Source: Nitrosopumilus sp. (GTDB lineage Archaea > Thermoproteota > Nitrososphaeria > Nitrososphaerales > Nitrosopumilaceae). From it: a DNA stretch of 64,000 nucleotides. The stretch covers positions 32,001 through 96,000 of the forward strand of contig CBDBGZ010000009.1 of the NCBI GenBank assembly GCA_965205425.1, given 5' to 3'. The position numbers were made by a program, and so were the translations under genes. Shown one piece after another: positions 60,564 through 64,000 of the stretch; position 1 is the first letter of the stretch, and each line of letters begins with the position of its first letter. Below the pieces are notes generated by a model. It saw only the letters and a program-made list of their open reading frames with translations, had not been told where the DNA came from and did no database searches.

Positions 60564-60824
60564 TCAGGTATTTCCTTTCAAATAGTCTTCAAATAATTTT
60601 TCAAGATCGCCATCATTGTTAATTTTCTTAATTTGCTCGACTAGATCTGCTTCTTCAATTTCATAGCAATTTAGAACGTCTTGAGAATCTTTGAAAATTA
60701 GCATCGCTTTATTTTTGAAAATACAATGATAGAGTTTCTCTTTTTCCATTTTTTCAGGTTTAAGATTAACCCCATTTTCATCCACAGACAAAGGATATTC
60801 CATGAAAATACATTCTCGTATCAA
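60564..60824 (-). CDS. hypothetical protein
   Basis: Short ORF in a genic gap; start likely MEYPLS. Confidence 0.65.
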   Translation of the reverse strand: MIRECIFMEYPLSVDENGVNLKPEKMEKEKLYHCIFKNKAMLIFKDSQDVLNCYEIEEADLVEQIKKINNDGDLEKLFEDYLKGNT

Positions 60825-60875
60825 TATTTAGATGAATCCACAATACAGTAATAATCAAAAATATTCAGAGAAACA

Positions 60876-61970
60876 TTGGAAACAAGAATAGTTTTCCACA
60901 TAGATTTTGACTATTTTTATGCCCAGTGTGAAGAAACAAGGGCTCCCGAACTAAAATCCAAACCAGTATGTGTTTGTGTTTTTTCAGATAGAGGTGGAGA
61001 TAGTGGAGCAATTGCAACTGCAAATTATACAGCAAGAAAATATGGAGTAAAATCTGGAATACCAATTGCATTTGCAAAAAAAAGATTGGAAGAGAGAAAT
61101 GATGCAGTGTTTTTACCGGTTGATTTTGATTTGTACTCAGACATTTCTGAAAAAGCAATGGAGATTATGAAAGAAAATGCAGATATTTTTGAATATGTAG
61201 GTCGGGATGAAGCATATTTGGATGTAACAGAAAGAGTGGGAGGAAATTTTGAAAAAGCAAGTCATCTTGCTCAACAAATTAAAAATTCCATAAGGGATAA
61301 AATAAAACTTAGTTGTTCAATTGGGATTTCACCTAACAAGCTTATTTCAAAGATAGCATCTGATTTCCAAAAACCAGATGGATTAACAATAGTTTCGCCT
61401 GAAAAAATTGAAGCTTTTTTAGATCCATTAAAAATTAGAACAATCCCAGGAATAGGTAAAAAAACTGAAGAAAAGTTTTCAGAGATGAAGTTAGAAACAA
61501 TTCAAGATTTAAAAAAAATAGACATTTTTACATTAAACAAATTTTTTGGTAGAAAGACAGGAGCTTACATTCACAATGCAGCAAGAGGAACAGATAATGA
61601 ACCAGTTAAAGAACGTGAAGCTCATATCCAGTACAGTAAAATTATGACATTGAAACAAGATTCAAAAGATTATGTATTTTTATCAGAAAATATTTTAGAA
61701 TTATGTAAAGAAGTCTATAGTGTAGTTAAGAAAAACAATCAAATGTTCAAATCAGTTGGAATACATTTTGTCCAGTCAGACTTATCAAATAAATCAAAAT
61801 CTAGAATGTTAAGAAATCCCATATCAAGCATTGAAGAATTGGAAAGAACAGCTGATCAATTATTAAAAGAAGCACTAGAAAATCAAACCATCACAATCAG
61901 AAGATTAGGAGTAAAGGTATCAGAACTTTCAGATGTACAAGGTCAAAGTGACATCACTTCTTATTTTTAG
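60876..61970 (+). CDS. dinB: DNA polymerase IV (Y family)
   Basis: HIDFDYFYAQ, TANY.AR.YGV, DEAYLD, KIASD..KPDG. Confidence 0.95.
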   Translation: METRIVFHIDFDYFYAQCEETRAPELKSKPVCVCVFSDRGGDSGAIATANYTARKYGVKSGIPIAFAKKRLEERNDAVFLPVDFDLYSDISEKAMEIMKENADIFEYVGRDEAYLDVTERVGGNFEKASHLAQQIKNSIRDKIKLSCSIGISPNKLISKIASDFQKPDGLTIVSPEKIEAFLDPLKIRTIPGIGKKTEEKFSEMKLETIQDLKKIDIFTLNKFFGRKTGAYIHNAARGTDNEPVKEREAHIQYSKIMTLKQDSKDYVFLSENILELCKEVYSVVKKNNQMFKSVGIHFVQSDLSNKSKSRMLRNPISSIEELERTADQLLKEALENQTITIRRLGVKVSELSDVQGQSDITSYF

Positions 61971-61973
61971 AAG

Positions 61974-62894
61974 TTATTTTTCAGATTTTTTGAGTCGTCT
62001 AGATTCAATCAAAATTACTACCAAAATGAATGCAAATAGCCATGGCAAGAACATTATTTCGCCTGCAACTTCATGATATTTTTCCCACGCAACAGGATCA
62101 GTCGTGACTTTAAGAGCATACCAAGATAATGAGAAAATTCGAATTAGATTAACAGTAATTGTTCCAATGATTCCTAAAATAAAATAAACTGCTTTTCTAT
62201 TTCTTGGAATATTTAATTTTAACATAAATGCACCTATGACTAGTGAAAAAATGATTATGCTATGAACACCAGCTGATGGCCAAAATACTTGTAGAGCCAT
62301 TGAACCATGTTCTCCACGCAAAAACATTACATTGTCACGTGCAACTGCAGTTCCAAGATCAAGTACGGTAATTAACCAAACATTTGCTTGAACAAAATAT
62401 GGAACAACATATTGTAATGGTCCAAGTGTATCATATGGGAAAAATGCATCAAGTGAAAGTATGATAGCAGTTCCAGTTAAAAAAATAGGACCAGCAGGAG
62501 CAATTCGAATCCAACGTTTTCCAAAGAAAATACTCAGAGCAGCAACAATAAAGATAGCCATAACAACAAAATCCCACATCCAAGTCCAAGAATCAATTAA
62601 TTGTACATCAAAGGATTCAGCAGATGCAACAATGTATTCTCTTAATCCATATTCTAGTGAAATAAGGAATGCAATAGTGGCCATAGCCATAGGGATTACA
62701 GCAAGAAGTTTTTTCTTTGAAATGACAATTTTTAGACCTATTAATTCAGCAACTACAAAAATAATTGCAAAAATATAGCCACCTCGACCCTCATTCCAGC
62801 TTAAAGATATAGAATCAGGAAATGCAATCATGGCAAAAAGAATTGGACTAGAAATTATGAAAATTCCAAAAATTAAATTCCAATTCTTCATCAA
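61974..62894 (-). CDS. thaumarchaeosortase (archaeosortase/exosortase family)
   Basis: Polytopic; VFWPSAGVHS, NLIRI, YH..AGE. Confidence 0.82.
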   Translation of the reverse strand: MMKNWNLIFGIFIISSPILFAMIAFPDSISLSWNEGRGGYIFAIIFVVAELIGLKIVISKKKLLAVIPMAMATIAFLISLEYGLREYIVASAESFDVQLIDSWTWMWDFVVMAIFIVAALSIFFGKRWIRIAPAGPIFLTGTAIILSLDAFFPYDTLGPLQYVVPYFVQANVWLITVLDLGTAVARDNVMFLRGEHGSMALQVFWPSAGVHSIIIFSLVIGAFMLKLNIPRNRKAVYFILGIIGTITVNLIRIFSLSWYALKVTTDPVAWEKYHEVAGEIMFLPWLFAFILVVILIESRRLKKSEK

Positions 62895-63130
62895 ATTAAA
62901 TCTAAAAAAGGCAAATAAATATCTGGACTTTACTAATTTTTAAAATTCATCAAAATCTAATAGAAATTTGGGATGGATGCTAATCTTCAGCATCTTCAAT
63001 TTCATCAGCTTCTGGATCTCTCCTACTTGGCCTAATTGGTACATAGATGAATGTCACAGTAACTCTTGAAATGACTGAAAGATACATTCCAAGGTTACAA
63101 AAATTTGCCCATTTGGTAATTTCTTATCAA

Positions 63131-63616
63131 TTAGGAATTTGGATCAAATTTGCATTCAATTTTCAAGGATTTTACAGTTGTAAAGTAAGTAATAGTAAGA
63201 ATTCCTATTGCAATTATTCTAATTGGAATTTCATAATTTGTTAGAAATGCCGTAGCAGTGGCTCCAACTGAACCAAATGTAGAGATCACGGCAAATCCTA
63301 TTGGGCCACAGCTACATGCACCAGCAGCAGCACCAATGATTGAACCAAAAATTCCTCCACTCATTTTTTGTTTTGATTTTTTTAGGATATTTATACGAAA
63401 AATGTTCATAGGTAAAACTAATGCAGAAAGTGCAGAGATGGTTAAAATTAATATAAATCCAAATTCAGTTCCCGAAGGAATATGACTAACGACATAAGGT
63501 TCCAAAAAAATGTATTCAGATAAAATTAACAATCCAATCATCATAGATGAAAAAATTACAAATGCCAGAAGAAGGTATTTTGGATTTGAAAATACTAAAC
63601 TAATTACCGATGTCAT
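63131..63616 (-). CDS. membrane protein with ACSCG motif, downstream of the DsbA-like gene
   Basis: About four TM segments. Confidence 0.7.
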   Translation of the reverse strand: MTSVISLVFSNPKYLLLAFVIFSSMMIGLLILSEYIFLEPYVVSHIPSGTEFGFILILTISALSALVLPMNIFRINILKKSKQKMSGGIFGSIIGAAAGACSCGPIGFAVISTFGSVGATATAFLTNYEIPIRIIAIGILTITYFTTVKSLKIECKFDPNS

Positions 63617-64000
63617 CTAGACCATAGAATCCAATACTTGTTTGAACACAGAAAATGGTTGTGCACCTCCAAGTTGTTGTTGTCCATCAGGGCCTACAAT
63701 AAAGAAACCAGGAGTTCCCCTCACACCATGATCTCTTGCTTGTTGAACATTGTACTGGACACGTTTTGAATATTTTCCAGAATCAAGACAACTTTCAAAT
63801 AAATCCATATCAAGTCCCAAGCTAAAAGCAAATGCCTTTAGTCGCTCGTTATTTGCCCATCCACCATCAATTTTTGATTCTTGTGAATTATAAAGTATAT
63901 CATGATATTCCCAATACATTTCTTGATCTTCTGCACAGTATGAAGCTTGAGCAGCTTTTGGAGAATCACGTCCTAAAAATGCCAAATCAACAAAAACTAA
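63617..64000 (-). CDS. DsbA/thioredoxin-fold protein, 3' part
   Basis: AAQASYCA..Q..YWEYHD, GVRGTPGF, GAQPF. Confidence 0.88.
   Translation of the reverse strand, partial: LVFVDLAFLGRDSPKAAQASYCAEDQEMYWEYHDILYNSQESKIDGGWANNERLKAFAFSLGLDMDLFESCLDSGKYSKRVQYNVQQARDHGVRGTPGFFIVGPDGQQQLGGAQPFSVFKQVLDSMV

Noticed and set aside
62975..63130. Possible small membrane protein ending RRDPEADEIEDAED
   Set aside because: No convincing start for the full open frame; cannot support a gene call.

Overview
AT-rich archaeal chromosome segment. Gene content (thaumarchaeosortase, IPxWIKxNAGWW-repeat protein, archaeal SMC, Alba, deoxyhypusine synthase, SbtAB) points to a Nitrosopumilus-like ammonia-oxidising archaeon. 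Housekeeping blocks (hemL-aquaporin-arsC/arsR-sbtAB-pit; ABC exporters; ilvC; egtD; smc-nitrilase-ino1-dys-PAC2-lysE-alba-dinB-sortase-dsbA) are interrupted by about 17 kb (~26%, summed from boundaries mapped by eye) of IS DNA: IS66, three IS630 types, IS110, IS5/IS903-like, IS481, an IS982-like element and three MITE types, often nested. Best candidates for new biology: (1) an archaeal IS110/IS1111-type element whose ~200-nt 3' non-coding end has two parallel stem-loops with short matches to its own target site and its predicted circular donor junction, i.e. a bridge/seek-RNA candidate; (2) a tightly packed SNF2 helicase / YqhG-like Zn-finger / Mrr nuclease / truncated TIR-like operon, a probable defence system; (3) a secreted protein of three tandem Hcp/tail-tube-like domains; (4) a 47-aa metallothionein-like protein missed by the ORF track. 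No rRNA, tRNA or CRISPR array was recognised. All family assignments come from motif recognition by eye; no database search was run.
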